Below, in pieces: positions 35,308-44,974 of a stretch of 64,000 nucleotides of DNA; position 1 is the stretch's first letter, and each line of letters begins with the position of its first letter. Location: contig JAZNPH010000050.1 in NCBI GenBank assembly GCA_045589515.1, positions 137,668 to 201,667 on the forward strand, given 5' to 3'. The notes beneath the pieces are model-generated. The model was given only the letters and a program-made list of their open reading frames with translations, did no database searches and had not been told where the DNA came from. The DNA comes from Eubacteriales bacterium (lineage in GTDB: Bacteria > Bacillota > Clostridia > Oscillospirales > CAG-382). A program made the position numbers and the translations under genes.

Positions 35308-36384
35308 TCAACCGTTCTCTTTTTCGAACTTCTCCATAAAGGCGATCAGCGCCTCTACGCCTGCCACGGGCATAGCGTTGTAAATAGAAGCGCGCATACC
35401 GCCAACGGAGCGGTGTCCCTTCAGGTTGGAAAGCCCCGCCGCAGTTGCCTCGGCACAGAACTTCTTGTCCAGATCGGCATCCCCGGTGACAAAGCAAACG
35501 TTCATCAGAGAGCGGCATTCCTTTTCTGCGGTGGCCTTGAACAGCTTGCTGTTGTCCAGGAAGTCGTAAAGCATACCCGCCTTGGTCTCGTTGATCTTCT
35601 GCATCTCCTCCAAGCCGCCAAGCTCCAACAGCCACTTGTACACCAAGCCTGCCACGTAAATGGAGTAGCAGGGCGGGGTGTTGTACATAGAGCCGTTTTC
35701 CGCCTGGATCTTGTATTGCAGCATCACGGGACAGCAATCCATGGCGTCGCCGATGAGATCCTCACGGACGATCACCAAGGTCATGCCCGCGGGTGCCATG
35801 TTCTTCTGTGCACCTGCGTAGATCAGACCGTAATCTGCCACGTTCACAGGCTTGGAAAGAATACCGGAGGACATATCCGCCACCAGGGGGATATCACCCG
35901 TCTGAGGAACGTAAGGATACACCGTGCCGAAAATGGTGTTGTTGTAGCAAATGTGTACGTAGTCGGAATCCTTGTTGAACTCCGTCACGTAGGGGACGTA
36001 GGTGAAGTTCTTGTCCTTGGAGGAGGCAAGAATGCGCACTTCGCCGTAACGCTCCGCTTCCTTGGCCGCCTTGCCGGAGAACTGACCGCTGACGATGTAG
36101 TCCGCCTTGCCGTTCTTGGTCATCAGGTTCAAGGGTACCGCGGAGAACTGGGTGGAAGCACCGCCCTGGAGGAACAATACCTTGTAATTATCGGGAATGT
36201 TCATCAGCTTGCGAAGATCCGCCTCGGTCTGATCGATGATCTGCTGATACACCGCAGATCTATGGCTCATCTCCATTACGGACATCCCACTGCCGTTGTA
36301 ATTCAGCATTTCGGATGCGGCACGCTCCAACACGGGAACGGGCAGCATGGAAGGTCCTGCGGAGAAGTTAAAAATACGATTCAT
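35308..36384 (-). CDS. serC: Phosphoserine aminotransferase
   Basis: MNRIFNFSAGPSMLPVPVLERAASEML...MSHRS...FLQGGASTQF... are canonical SerC motifs. Confidence 0.92.
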   Translation of the reverse strand: MNRIFNFSAGPSMLPVPVLERAASEMLNYNGSGMSVMEMSHRSAVYQQIIDQTEADLRKLMNIPDNYKVLFLQGGASTQFSAVPLNLMTKNGKADYIVSGQFSGKAAKEAERYGEVRILASSKDKNFTYVPYVTEFNKDSDYVHICYNNTIFGTVYPYVPQTGDIPLVADMSSGILSKPVNVADYGLIYAGAQKNMAPAGMTLVIVREDLIGDAMDCCPVMLQYKIQAENGSMYNTPPCYSIYVAGLVYKWLLELGGLEEMQKINETKAGMLYDFLDNSKLFKATAEKECRSLMNVCFVTGDADLDKKFCAEATAAGLSNLKGHRSVGGMRASIYNAMPVAGVEALIAFMEKFEKENG

Positions 36385-36444
36385 GGAAGAATTCCCTCTT
36401 TCTTGAAAAACTAAAAAGTGATACTTTGATAAGCTTTTCTTTAT

Positions 36445-36472
36445 ATTATACTCTTTTTCTGTAAGATGTCAA
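36445..36472 (-). promoter_or_regulatory. Sigma-A-type promoter of serC
   Basis: On the minus strand, TTGACA-16 nt-TATAAT. Confidence 0.55.
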
Positions 36473-36492
36473 GAGGGAACGCAAGGTTTCTG

Positions 36493-36521
36493 TTGACAAA
36501 CAGATCATTTTTTGATAGAAT
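36493..36521 (+). promoter_or_regulatory. Sigma-A-type promoter of the Gfo/Idh/MocA gene
   Basis: TTGACA-17 nt-TAGAAT with a TGn extended -10. Confidence 0.55.
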
Positions 36522-36572
36522 ATTTAGGATAAAATACGGGAGTTTTTTCTTTTCTTCACAAAGGAGCTTTTT

Positions 36573-37601
36573 ATGGATCGTAAGATCGGTTTCGGGATCA
36601 TTGGTTGCGGTGTCATTGCAGATTTCCATGCCAACGCCCTGTTCAGTCTCCCCGAGGATGCCGTTTTGGTGGGCGTTGCCGATGCACGGCCGGAATCCGC
36701 ACAGCGGTTTGCCCTGGCAAAGCAGGTGCGCGCCTTCGCTTCCGTGGAGGAGCTGTTGGCTTGCCCCGAGATCGACGTGGTGACTATCTGCGTCCCCAGC
36801 GGCTTCCACGCGGATATTGCCGTCAAGGCTGCCAACGCAGGGAAGCACATCATCGTGGAAAAACCCATGGCCATCACAAAGGAGCAATTGGACGCTATGG
36901 AAGAAGCCTGCGCCCGCAACGGGGTGCTTCTTTCCTCCATTGCCCAGAGCCGCTTCACCAAGGGCGTGAGCATGACCAAGCAGGCTGTTGCAGACGGTCT
37001 TTTGGGCAAGCTGGTGTGTGCCGACGTTTATATGAAATTCAACCGCACCCAGGAATATTACAACAGCGGCGGCTGGCGGGGTACGAAAGCCATCGACGGC
37101 GGCGGTGCCTTGATGAACCAGGGCATCCACGGCGTGGATCTGCTGTTGTACCTGGCAGGGGATGTGAAGAGTGTCTACGCCGTTTCCAAGACCTTGGCCC
37201 GTCAGATCGAGGTTGAGGACACCTTGTCCGCTGTGCTGGAGTTCAAGTCCGGTGCTACGGGCGTGATCCAGGCCACCACCTCTGTCTACCCCGGCTATCC
37301 CCGCCGCCTGGAGCTGAACGGGGACAAGGGCTCCATCGTCTTGGAGGAGGGCAACGTGGTTCGTTGGGATCTGGAAAACCCGGGCAAGCAGGACATCGTC
37401 CTCCAGCCCACCATGTATTCCTCTGCCGCCACCCCCACAGCCATCGCCGTGGATAACCACACCAAACAGTTCAGAGACGTGATCCGCGCCCTGCGTACCG
37501 GCACCAAGCCCCTCATCGATATTCACGAGGGCAGACGTCCCGTGGATCTCATTCTCGCCATCTACAAGTCTGCCGAAGAGCGCAGAGTGATCGAGCTTTG
37601 A
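36573..37601 (+). CDS. Gfo/Idh/MocA family oxidoreductase
   Basis: Rossmann N-terminus IGFGIIGCGVIADFHA, ...EKPMA... motif, 342 aa. Confidence 0.85.
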   Translation: MDRKIGFGIIGCGVIADFHANALFSLPEDAVLVGVADARPESAQRFALAKQVRAFASVEELLACPEIDVVTICVPSGFHADIAVKAANAGKHIIVEKPMAITKEQLDAMEEACARNGVLLSSIAQSRFTKGVSMTKQAVADGLLGKLVCADVYMKFNRTQEYYNSGGWRGTKAIDGGGALMNQGIHGVDLLLYLAGDVKSVYAVSKTLARQIEVEDTLSAVLEFKSGATGVIQATTSVYPGYPRRLELNGDKGSIVLEEGNVVRWDLENPGKQDIVLQPTMYSSAATPTAIAVDNHTKQFRDVIRALRTGTKPLIDIHEGRRPVDLILAIYKSAEERRVIEL

Positions 37602-37745
37602 TCGAAAGAGACCTCGTTTTTTGCACGCGGGGTCTCTTTTCTGTACGAAAAATGCAAAAAGATGCCGTTCGGTCGAAAATCGGCAACATCTCGGTGGTAT
37701 GATAGGAACAGCAGAAGATTTGCAGTAGGAAAAGGAGGGCATATT

Positions 37746-38393
37746 ATGGCAAAAATACTCATCGTCGAGGACGAAAAAGCCATCAACGACCTTGTGAGGT
37801 TCAACCTGGAGCTGGTGGGTCACGAATGTGTCCAGACGTTTGACGGCGGGACAGGGCTGGAGGAAGCCATGCGCGTTAAATACGATCTGATCATTCTGGA
37901 CGTGATGCTCCCGAAGCTTTCCGGCTTTGAGATCATGGAATGTATCGAGGGCACTCCCACCATCTTCGTCACCGCGAAAACGGGAGCCCGGGATCGGATC
38001 AAAGGCCTCCGTCTGGGCGCCGACGACTATATCACCAAGCCCTTCAACATCATTGAGCTGGTGGAGCGCGTCAAGGCAGTTTTGCGGAGAACGAAAAGCG
38101 ACGGGGAAGTCTTCGAATTCGACGATATCCGCATTGAGTTTCATACCCGCAGGGTGTACAAAGGCGGGGAAAAGGTGGCTCTCAAGCCCCGTGAATTCGA
38201 TCTTCTGGAGGTTTTGGTGAACAACCGCAACCTTGCCCTTTCCAGAGAAAAGCTGTTGAACCTGGTTTGGGAATACGACTACGAGGGAGATATCCGTACT
38301 GTGGACGCCCATATCCAACGACTGCGCCAAAAGCTGGGCATCTCGGACCGCATCCAAACGGTCTACAAAACGGGGTACAGGTTTGAAATATGA
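37746..38393 (+). CDS. OmpR/PhoB-family response regulator
   Basis: MAKILIVEDEKAINDLV...LIILDVMLPKLSG...KPF..., and a winged-helix C-terminus ...VWEYDYEGDIRTVDAHIQRLRQKL.... ATG at 37746 follows AAAGGAGGG. Confidence 0.9.
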   Translation: MAKILIVEDEKAINDLVRFNLELVGHECVQTFDGGTGLEEAMRVKYDLIILDVMLPKLSGFEIMECIEGTPTIFVTAKTGARDRIKGLRLGADDYITKPFNIIELVERVKAVLRRTKSDGEVFEFDDIRIEFHTRRVYKGGEKVALKPREFDLLEVLVNNRNLALSREKLLNLVWEYDYEGDIRTVDAHIQRLRQKLGISDRIQTVYKTGYRFEI

Positions 38394-39781
38394 AAATGAG
38401 ATTTTGGCAAAAGACCTACATCTTCACCCTGGTGCTGTTTCTCGTCTGCCTGAACGTGGGGGTTCTTTCCCTCACGGTGTATACCTACCGAAAGAACGTG
38501 GAGGCGGCAGAGACCGCCACCGCGGCAGAGCAGTACTACGTGGCAATGTGCTTTGAGCGGGATTATCGGGATATGACGGAATCCAACGCTTACAGCAACC
38601 CCTCTCTGCTGATGCAATCCTTCGGGGTGTATTACAGGAACAAAGGGCTGTACCTCGCCTTCGAAGAACAGGGTGAAGTGATTTTTACCGGATTCCCAAG
38701 CGATTACGCCATCGGGGAAAATGAATTGCTTCACACCCGCATTGACGGAAAACGCCATATTCTTATTTCTTCCGATCTCTGCGACGGCAAGTACAAAATG
38801 ATCTTCGCCAAGGACGTAGCGTCTTTGGACACCGAGTTTCAATCGCTGATGGTGACCTACGTTCTCACCGCGGTGGGGGTATCCCTGCTTCTTGCAATCT
38901 TCCTGTACTTCATTCTGAAAAAGCTTTCCGGCCCTCTGGAAAAGCTACGTAAGACCACCGAGGCCATCCGTGCAGGGGATTTTTCCGTCACCGCCGAGGA
39001 AAAGGGGAGTGATGAATTTACCCTTCTGGCAGAGAGCTTCAACGCCATGCTGGGGAAGATCAATCAGCAAATGGCGGCTTTGGAGCAGGAGGCGGAGGCA
39101 AAAATGCTGGAAGCCGACCGAAAGCAGATGCTGGTGGACAATATGGCTCACGAGCTTCGCACCCCGCTTACCAGCATTCACGGCTACGCGGAATACATCG
39201 AAAAGGCCAACACCACCGAGGAACGGAGGCTGATCGCGGCGAAGTACATCATGTCCGAGTCCGAGCGCCTTGGGAAGATCTCCGAGCTCCTGTTGGACGG
39301 CGCTTTCATTCGGGAAAACGCCATCGAAATGACTTGGGTGGAGCTTCCCGCCCTTCTTGCCGACGTGGCGGAAAAGCTGCAGCCGAAGGCGGAGCATGGG
39401 GAGGTGGAGATCCTCTGTAATACCTCGCCTGCCACCGTTTGGGGCAACGAGACCTTGCTTTCCATGCTGTTCTACAACCTGACGGAAAATGCCATCAAGG
39501 CGTGTCCTCCGGGCGGTAAGGTGAAGCTTTCCTGCGAAGGCACCCAAGCCACCGTGGAAGACAACGGCAAGGGGATGACGGCGGAACAGCTTTTTCATAT
39601 CACGGAGCCCTTCTACCGCACCGACAGATCCCGTTCCCGTGCGGAAGGGGGTGCAGGGCTGGGGCTGGCCCTTTGCAAGCAGATCATCCGCACCCACGAC
39701 GCAGAGATGAAGTTTGAATCCGAAATGGGCGTGGGGACGAAAATTTTTGTGAATTTCTCGGAAACGGTGAAAACTCGGTGA
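38390..39781 (+). CDS. Sensor histidine kinase, cognate of the upstream response regulator
   Basis: ATGA overlap with the response regulator. Two TM segments, HAMP, H-box NMAHELRTPLTSI, N box LTENAIKA and G box GAGLGLALC. Confidence 0.88.
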   Translation: MKMRFWQKTYIFTLVLFLVCLNVGVLSLTVYTYRKNVEAAETATAAEQYYVAMCFERDYRDMTESNAYSNPSLLMQSFGVYYRNKGLYLAFEEQGEVIFTGFPSDYAIGENELLHTRIDGKRHILISSDLCDGKYKMIFAKDVASLDTEFQSLMVTYVLTAVGVSLLLAIFLYFILKKLSGPLEKLRKTTEAIRAGDFSVTAEEKGSDEFTLLAESFNAMLGKINQQMAALEQEAEAKMLEADRKQMLVDNMAHELRTPLTSIHGYAEYIEKANTTEERRLIAAKYIMSESERLGKISELLLDGAFIRENAIEMTWVELPALLADVAEKLQPKAEHGEVEILCNTSPATVWGNETLLSMLFYNLTENAIKACPPGGKVKLSCEGTQATVEDNGKGMTAEQLFHITEPFYRTDRSRSRAEGGAGLGLALCKQIIRTHDAEMKFESEMGVGTKIFVNFSETVKTR

Positions 39782-39866
39782 CAAGTTGGAGACATTCCTA
39801 TGGTACACTCATAGCGCAGGGTAAGGGATCCCCTCTGCAAAATACGACGAAAGGATGGTTGATACC

Positions 39867-41102
39867 ATGAAAAGAAACGTGAAATTTTTTATGACCGTAA
39901 CCGCGTTGCTTCTGTTGTCCGCCGTGATCCTGACGGGATGTATGTACGTCATCGCCGCAGACAACGGCGCAACAAAGCCTTACGATCTGAACGTACAAGA
40001 GGAAAACAGCGGCTCCGGTGGCATTGTGGAGGATGCTCCGATTTCGCAGGATTCTTTGCAAGCAAAGTTTGAGGCTATGTATCACATCAGCGAGGATGAT
40101 AAAACGATCACCGTTATTTCCGAGGACTATCTCAATAATTACTGGCAGAGTGCCCCCGAAGAGATTAAGTCCCTTACCACGGAAGAGGTGTACTTTATTG
40201 TTCAGGATTCTTTTCGCATCTATGAAGAGTACGACGAGGTTATGCTTCCCGATTGTGCTTTGTATTCCGATCTTCCCTTTATTGCTGCAAAATATCCGCT
40301 TCCCGAGAATCATATCATCAATACAAAACCGAATAACCAATCTTTTAATCTATGTTTTACCCATGAAGACCTTCGCAGTATTTATGTGATGATCATGTAT
40401 CGTTTGGCTGCGTTGTCTTCCCGCGAGGCTTTCTTTTCCGCTTGGGAAGCAATTGCCTATATCGGCGACGATCCTACGACATATAGTGATATGTATCCCG
40501 AAACCGTATTCTATATTCCCGGTTATTCCGAAACCACAGACAGGGAGTATATCCTCTCAATCTGTGGAGGAAATAGCGACTTTACTGACCTCGAAAGATT
40601 TTCCGACTTGTTTGTGGTATACCACCGGGACACCCCGTTTATAGGATTTTCGTCCAAAACCAATGGTACGACACAAGTTTTCTCAATAAGTGGAAGAGAC
40701 AATCCGTATAGTTATTTCTATACGACAACACCGGGAGGCTATAAGTATGACACAAATGGGGAGTTGATCGATCAGCTTGTTTACGGTCCGTCCTTCTGGT
40801 TATACAGAAATAAAAGGTTTGTTATTTCCTATCATACGTGTCTTTCCACCTGTGACATCGGTACGTATATAAAAGAGGGGGATAAGCTTACGTTGGTATA
40901 TGAAGGCGACGAAACTTATAAACTCGTTTTCTATTACCAAACAGGTGAAGGATATCGCTACGCTAAGTCGGAATCTGTTCCTTGGCCCAGCGCCTATAAT
41001 TACGAAGATGGAACTATGTTCTACTTTGTTTTTGGGGATGAACATACAGATGAAGCTATAGGTTCAGGCAAGCCCGTTGAAACGCCCAACGGAGAAGGTT
41101 GA
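39867..41102 (+). CDS. Lipoprotein, hypothetical, AT-richer gene
   Basis: MKRNVKFFMTVTALLLLSAVILTGC lipobox. No family recognised. The start could also be 39855. Confidence 0.6.
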   Translation: MKRNVKFFMTVTALLLLSAVILTGCMYVIAADNGATKPYDLNVQEENSGSGGIVEDAPISQDSLQAKFEAMYHISEDDKTITVISEDYLNNYWQSAPEEIKSLTTEEVYFIVQDSFRIYEEYDEVMLPDCALYSDLPFIAAKYPLPENHIINTKPNNQSFNLCFTHEDLRSIYVMIMYRLAALSSREAFFSAWEAIAYIGDDPTTYSDMYPETVFYIPGYSETTDREYILSICGGNSDFTDLERFSDLFVVYHRDTPFIGFSSKTNGTTQVFSISGRDNPYSYFYTTTPGGYKYDTNGELIDQLVYGPSFWLYRNKRFVISYHTCLSTCDIGTYIKEGDKLTLVYEGDETYKLVFYYQTGEGYRYAKSESVPWPSAYNYEDGTMFYFVFGDEHTDEAIGSGKPVETPNGEG

Positions 41103-41143
41103 AAATCGAGTTGAGCGAACGCGGGTAAATAAATCGTCAAGCA

Positions 41144-41173
41144 AAAAGGGCTCCTTTGACGGGGAGCCCTTTT
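41144..41173 (+). terminator. Intrinsic terminator
   Basis: AAAAGGGCTCC...GGAGCCCTTTT hairpin after the 39867-41102 gene. Confidence 0.65.
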
Positions 41174-41381
41174 ACGTTGTTTGTAACCGTCGGCTCCTGA
41201 TACGTCCTTCATCTGTTATGCGAGCACTTGGATTTGAGAATCAGCTTTCTTTGCTTTCAACCGAAAAAATCACCTATCAAGCAAAAAAACAACCGATTAT
41301 CCCTGTTCTTTTCTAAAAAAGTGTGGTAAGATAGGATCATCGAGAGTGCATTCCGAAAAAAACATCGGAGGAACGTGATTT

Positions 41382-41867
41382 ATGAAAGAACACATTGGCG
41401 AACACATTGCCGTTTACCGCAAGAAGGCGGGGCTGACCCAGGAGCAATTGGCGGAGAAAATGAACGTCACCGCCCAGGCGGTCTCCAAGTGGGAAAACGG
41501 GCTGACCTGTCCCGATCTGGATTCCGTTGCCAGGCTGGCAGGCTTTTTGGGAGTGACCGTGGAGCAGTTGATCCACGGCGACGCCGCCGTCCCTGCCGTT
41601 CAGGTGGTGGAGACACCCCGGGTGGGGAAACGGGTGCTTTGCATCCGCGTGCAGGTGAAGGGCCCCGCAACCACTAACGTCACCGTACGTTTTCCCGTGG
41701 AATTGATCTTGAAGGCGTACGAGATGGGCTGTCTGGAGTCTCTGGTGGGGGATGAGGCCCCCTTCGTGGAGCAGGCGATCGAAATGATCCGCCAAGGCAC
41801 CGTGGGCTCCCTTGTGGACGTGGAAACGGAGGAAACTGACGTGAAGATCGAGGTGGTGGAGGTATGA
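41382..41867 (+). CDS. XRE-family HTH regulator with an unknown C-terminal domain
   Basis: HTH LTQEQLAEKMNVTAQAVSKWENGLTCPDLDSV, with GGAGGAA RBS. Confidence 0.75.
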   Translation: MKEHIGEHIAVYRKKAGLTQEQLAEKMNVTAQAVSKWENGLTCPDLDSVARLAGFLGVTVEQLIHGDAAVPAVQVVETPRVGKRVLCIRVQVKGPATTNVTVRFPVELILKAYEMGCLESLVGDEAPFVEQAIEMIRQGTVGSLVDVETEETDVKIEVVEV

Positions 41868-42163
41868 CGGTATATTTGCAGACCACCGCAGGCAGGGAAG
41901 TGATTCCTTTGCCGGAGGAGACCGTTTTCGTGGGCGTGTATAACAAAGCGGAGGACGGCAGTAATAACCTTGAGATCATGACGGGCTTCGAGAAGGTGTT
42001 TCCCTGCGGGAAGATCCGGCGGGTCACCCCTGAGGGCGTGAATATTACCATAGACTGCATGGCCGCAGAAGAATCGGCATTTTATGAAATCTTGCAGCGG
42101 TATCGCGGCATTTCCATGGTGGAGATCGTGGAGCAGGACTTTGAGCTTACCGTGGTGATATAA
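41864..42163 (+). CDS. Hypothetical protein
   Basis: 99 aa, with an ATGA overlap to the upstream XRE gene. Confidence 0.45.
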   Translation: MTVYLQTTAGREVIPLPEETVFVGVYNKAEDGSNNLEIMTGFEKVFPCGKIRRVTPEGVNITIDCMAAEESAFYEILQRYRGISMVEIVEQDFELTVVI

Positions 42164-42195
42164 AAATAAGGGGTGCTTTTGCGGCACCCCTTGAC

Positions 42196-43752
42196 TTATT
42201 TCTTGCTGTTCTGCAATATCTCCTCTTTCGTCAAGCCGTAGGCCCTGGCGATGTCCTTGGCGTAGCTTTGTCCGCTACTGCCGGGTAGGATGCGGAACAC
42301 CCGCCTGTGGGAGGTCTCCTCCAACTGTGCGGTGAGGTTGTGCAGGGTGGGGATCTCCCCTTCCAAACGGCATAGGTCGTGGAAATGGGTGGTGAAGATC
42401 CCCTTGGCCCCGATCTCCCCGTAGGCCGCCAGGATCTCACTCGCAATGGCGGTGGCTTCCGTGGCGTCGGTGCTGGAGAGGGCTTCGTCGAACAGGAACA
42501 AGCTGTCCTTGGTAATGACCCGGTTCAGCTCGCTGATCTGCAAGCACTCGTCGGAAAGTCTGCCGTGGACGTAGGATTTCCCCCGCATATCAATGAAATG
42601 CACCAGAATGGCGTCTACCGGGGTGACAGCCGTGGTGTTGGCGGGGAGAAGCAACCCCAAATGGAGCATGGCGTACAGGAGCCCCACCGATTGGGTATAG
42701 ATGGACTTGCCGCCTTGGTTGGGTCCTGTGAGAATATACTGCCTGCGGGTAGCGGAAAAGTCCAGGTCGTTTTGCACCACGCCGTGTTTCTTTTCCGTGG
42801 CGAGGGCGAGAATAGGATGGTAAAGCCCCTCTACCTTGTCTTCCGCCCCGAAGGTGGGCTTGCACAGAGGATAGCCGCCCTCCCTCAGCTCCCGCAAGGG
42901 AACCATGGCGGCGGAGACAAACTTCCACTCTTCAAAGACGGAAAGCAGGCTTTGCAGGTTGCCCAGCATATATTTCTTGATCACGCCCGACCAGGAGCGC
43001 AAAGCGGAGGAGAACACTTTCCCAAGTGCGCTGTTGACGGAGGCACGCAAAGAACCCAATTCCTCCGCCGTCAGCCTGTGCTGTAAGGGCAACAGAGGTG
43101 CAGAACAGGTCTGATCCTTGCTCCCGGGATCCAGCCGCAACAGCCTGTCCAGATAATTTCCGGACACGAAGGGCTCCGTATGTACCTCGATCAGCCCCGC
43201 CTCCGTGGGTTGCAGCTGACCGTTCAGGTTGATCCCAACGGAAATGCTCTTGACATCCCGCACCAAATGCACCTGCTCCTCCACGGCGCGGCAAAGCTGT
43301 TCAAAGCCTTCTCCGTCGCAAAGAGGGGCAAGTAGCCTTCGCAGAGTTTGCAAAGCGGTGCTTTGGGGTCGGAAGCGGCCGAACAGCGCCTTCATGTCGG
43401 ATAAAAAATCCACGTAGGACTCCATTTCCTTCACGCTGTAAAGCAAGCGCTCGTTGGAGGTGGCAGAGTCTTTTTCTTTTTGCAGGTCGTAAAGATCGGA
43501 AAGCTTTGCAAAGCCCTGCTCCAAGCCTTCAAACAGCGCGGGATGCTCCAAAAGCTCTTCGAAAAGCGCTTCCCGCAACTGCAGAGTTTCCTTGCATACC
43601 GAGAAATACCCGCGGATCTCCCGTTCCTTTTCCCCGATCTTTCTTCCCTTGCCAATGGGGATCAAGGCGTTCAGATCCAAGGCCTCCACGAAGGAGAACT
43701 GCAAAAAAGATGTGCGGGAATCCTGCTCATGCCAGATCATGCTTGCGGTCAT
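42196..43752 (-). CDS. MutS-family ATPase (domain V only), lacking mismatch-recognition and Smr domains
   Basis: Walker A ILTGPNQGGKS, ...SLFLFDEALSSTD... (Walker B) and ...FTTHFHDL.... The N-terminal 300 aa do not resemble MutS domain I. Confidence 0.8.
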   Translation of the reverse strand: MTASMIWHEQDSRTSFLQFSFVEALDLNALIPIGKGRKIGEKEREIRGYFSVCKETLQLREALFEELLEHPALFEGLEQGFAKLSDLYDLQKEKDSATSNERLLYSVKEMESYVDFLSDMKALFGRFRPQSTALQTLRRLLAPLCDGEGFEQLCRAVEEQVHLVRDVKSISVGINLNGQLQPTEAGLIEVHTEPFVSGNYLDRLLRLDPGSKDQTCSAPLLPLQHRLTAEELGSLRASVNSALGKVFSSALRSWSGVIKKYMLGNLQSLLSVFEEWKFVSAAMVPLRELREGGYPLCKPTFGAEDKVEGLYHPILALATEKKHGVVQNDLDFSATRRQYILTGPNQGGKSIYTQSVGLLYAMLHLGLLLPANTTAVTPVDAILVHFIDMRGKSYVHGRLSDECLQISELNRVITKDSLFLFDEALSSTDATEATAIASEILAAYGEIGAKGIFTTHFHDLCRLEGEIPTLHNLTAQLEETSHRRVFRILPGSSGQSYAKDIARAYGLTKEEILQNSKK

Positions 43753-43767
43753 AGGTTGGTGCCTCCT

Positions 43768-44073
43768 TTATAAAAGCCATTGATGGATCCCCATTGCCGC
43801 CAGCAACGCCAGCAGGGGAAACGCCCCTAAGTAGAGCCCCGAAAAACGGTAGGATCGCCAGACCTTGCAGAAGAAGTAGTAAAAATACCCCTCAAAGGCA
43901 AGAATGGGCAGGGCGACGATCACCCAAGGGGTGAAGACGAACACGAAGAGCAGGGTGGCCACGGCGAAAAAGACCAAAGCCATGGTCAACAGCCTCCCCG
44001 TGGGGGAAAGGATGAGGGTGCTTTGCTCGCAGAGGTTGAGGATTCTGTTTGCCCATTGGGACAATACGTGCAT
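43768..44073 (-). CDS. Small integral membrane protein
   Basis: 101 aa starting MHVLSQWANR..., after AAAGGAG. Three hydrophobic segments. 15 nt upstream of the MutS-like gene. Confidence 0.5.
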   Translation of the reverse strand: MHVLSQWANRILNLCEQSTLILSPTGRLLTMALVFFAVATLLFVFVFTPWVIVALPILAFEGYFYYFFCKVWRSYRFSGLYLGAFPLLALLAAMGIHQWLL

Positions 44074-44138
44074 ACCTTGCTCCTTTCGTGTTTTCCAAAA
44101 ACAGTATACCACGGTTTTCCGCAAAATGCAAGTGCGTG

Positions 44139-44885
44139 TCAGATATACAATTCCGCCTTAACGTTAAGCTTCCCCTTACGGCTGGTGGAAACCACGCCCG
44201 CAAAGCGGAACTTCCCGTGGTGGCGGACGGAGACCACGCTGTTTTCGTTTACTATGCCGCTGTTGTTTTCGATGCGCCGTCCGTCTATGAAAACCAGACC
44301 CTTGCGGAACAGCTCCAGGCTTTCCTCTCGGGAAAGCTTGAACATCCCTGCCACCAGCACGTCCGCCCGCAGGGAGGCTACCTGCAAAAATTTTTCCTCT
44401 GTGCGGGTGCAGAGGTCGGTAGGCGCTTCCTCGCAGAGACTGCAACGCAGGGAGGTGTGCTTCGCTTTCACCAGTTCCTCCAGCAGGATGGGGGCGACGG
44501 ATTCCTTGCAGAAGATATACCCCACGTTGTCCCGCAGGTAGATATCTCCAAGGGTGTCCCTGGCGATGTCCAGGTTCATCATGGCTCCCAGCAGGTCTCT
44601 GTGGGTGAGGGAATCAGCGAACTTTTGTTGGGCGGGCTCCGCCTTGATGCAAAGGATGGGGAAGGGGTCTTCCCGCTCTCCGAAGCGGGCCATCACCCGC
44701 TCACAGCCCTCCGTGCCGCCGAACAATGTCAGCCCGGCGTAGTCTATTTCATTCTTGCATTGCAGTAGCAGATCTACCTCGTCCATGGAAAGGAAGTCGG
44801 TGAACAGACATCGTCCCGTGACGTAGGCACGCTCTGCCAGCTCCTCAAAACGGCGGATCTTCTGTTGTTCTTCAGTATAGGACAT
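44139..44885 (-). CDS. ylmH: YlmH-like S4-domain RNA-binding protein
   Basis: MSYTEEQQKIRRFEELAERA..., and a C-terminal S4 domain (...LRADVLVAGMFKLSREESLELFRKGLVFIDGRR...). Confidence 0.75.
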   Translation of the reverse strand: MSYTEEQQKIRRFEELAERAYVTGRCLFTDFLSMDEVDLLLQCKNEIDYAGLTLFGGTEGCERVMARFGEREDPFPILCIKAEPAQQKFADSLTHRDLLGAMMNLDIARDTLGDIYLRDNVGYIFCKESVAPILLEELVKAKHTSLRCSLCEEAPTDLCTRTEEKFLQVASLRADVLVAGMFKLSREESLELFRKGLVFIDGRRIENNSGIVNENSVVSVRHHGKFRFAGVVSTSRKGKLNVKAELYI

Positions 44886-44925
44886 GGTAAACTCCTGTGA
44901 AAAAGTCGAGACGCGGAAGCGGTGT

Positions 44926-44959
44926 GAAAGAAACACCCCGAAACCGAGGTTTCGGGGTG
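44926..44959 (-). terminator. Intrinsic terminator of fba
   Basis: CACCCCGAAAC/GTTTCGGGGTG 11-bp stem, followed on the minus strand by TTTCTTT. Confidence 0.65.
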
Positions 44960-44974
44960 AGAGCGAAGCGAAAA

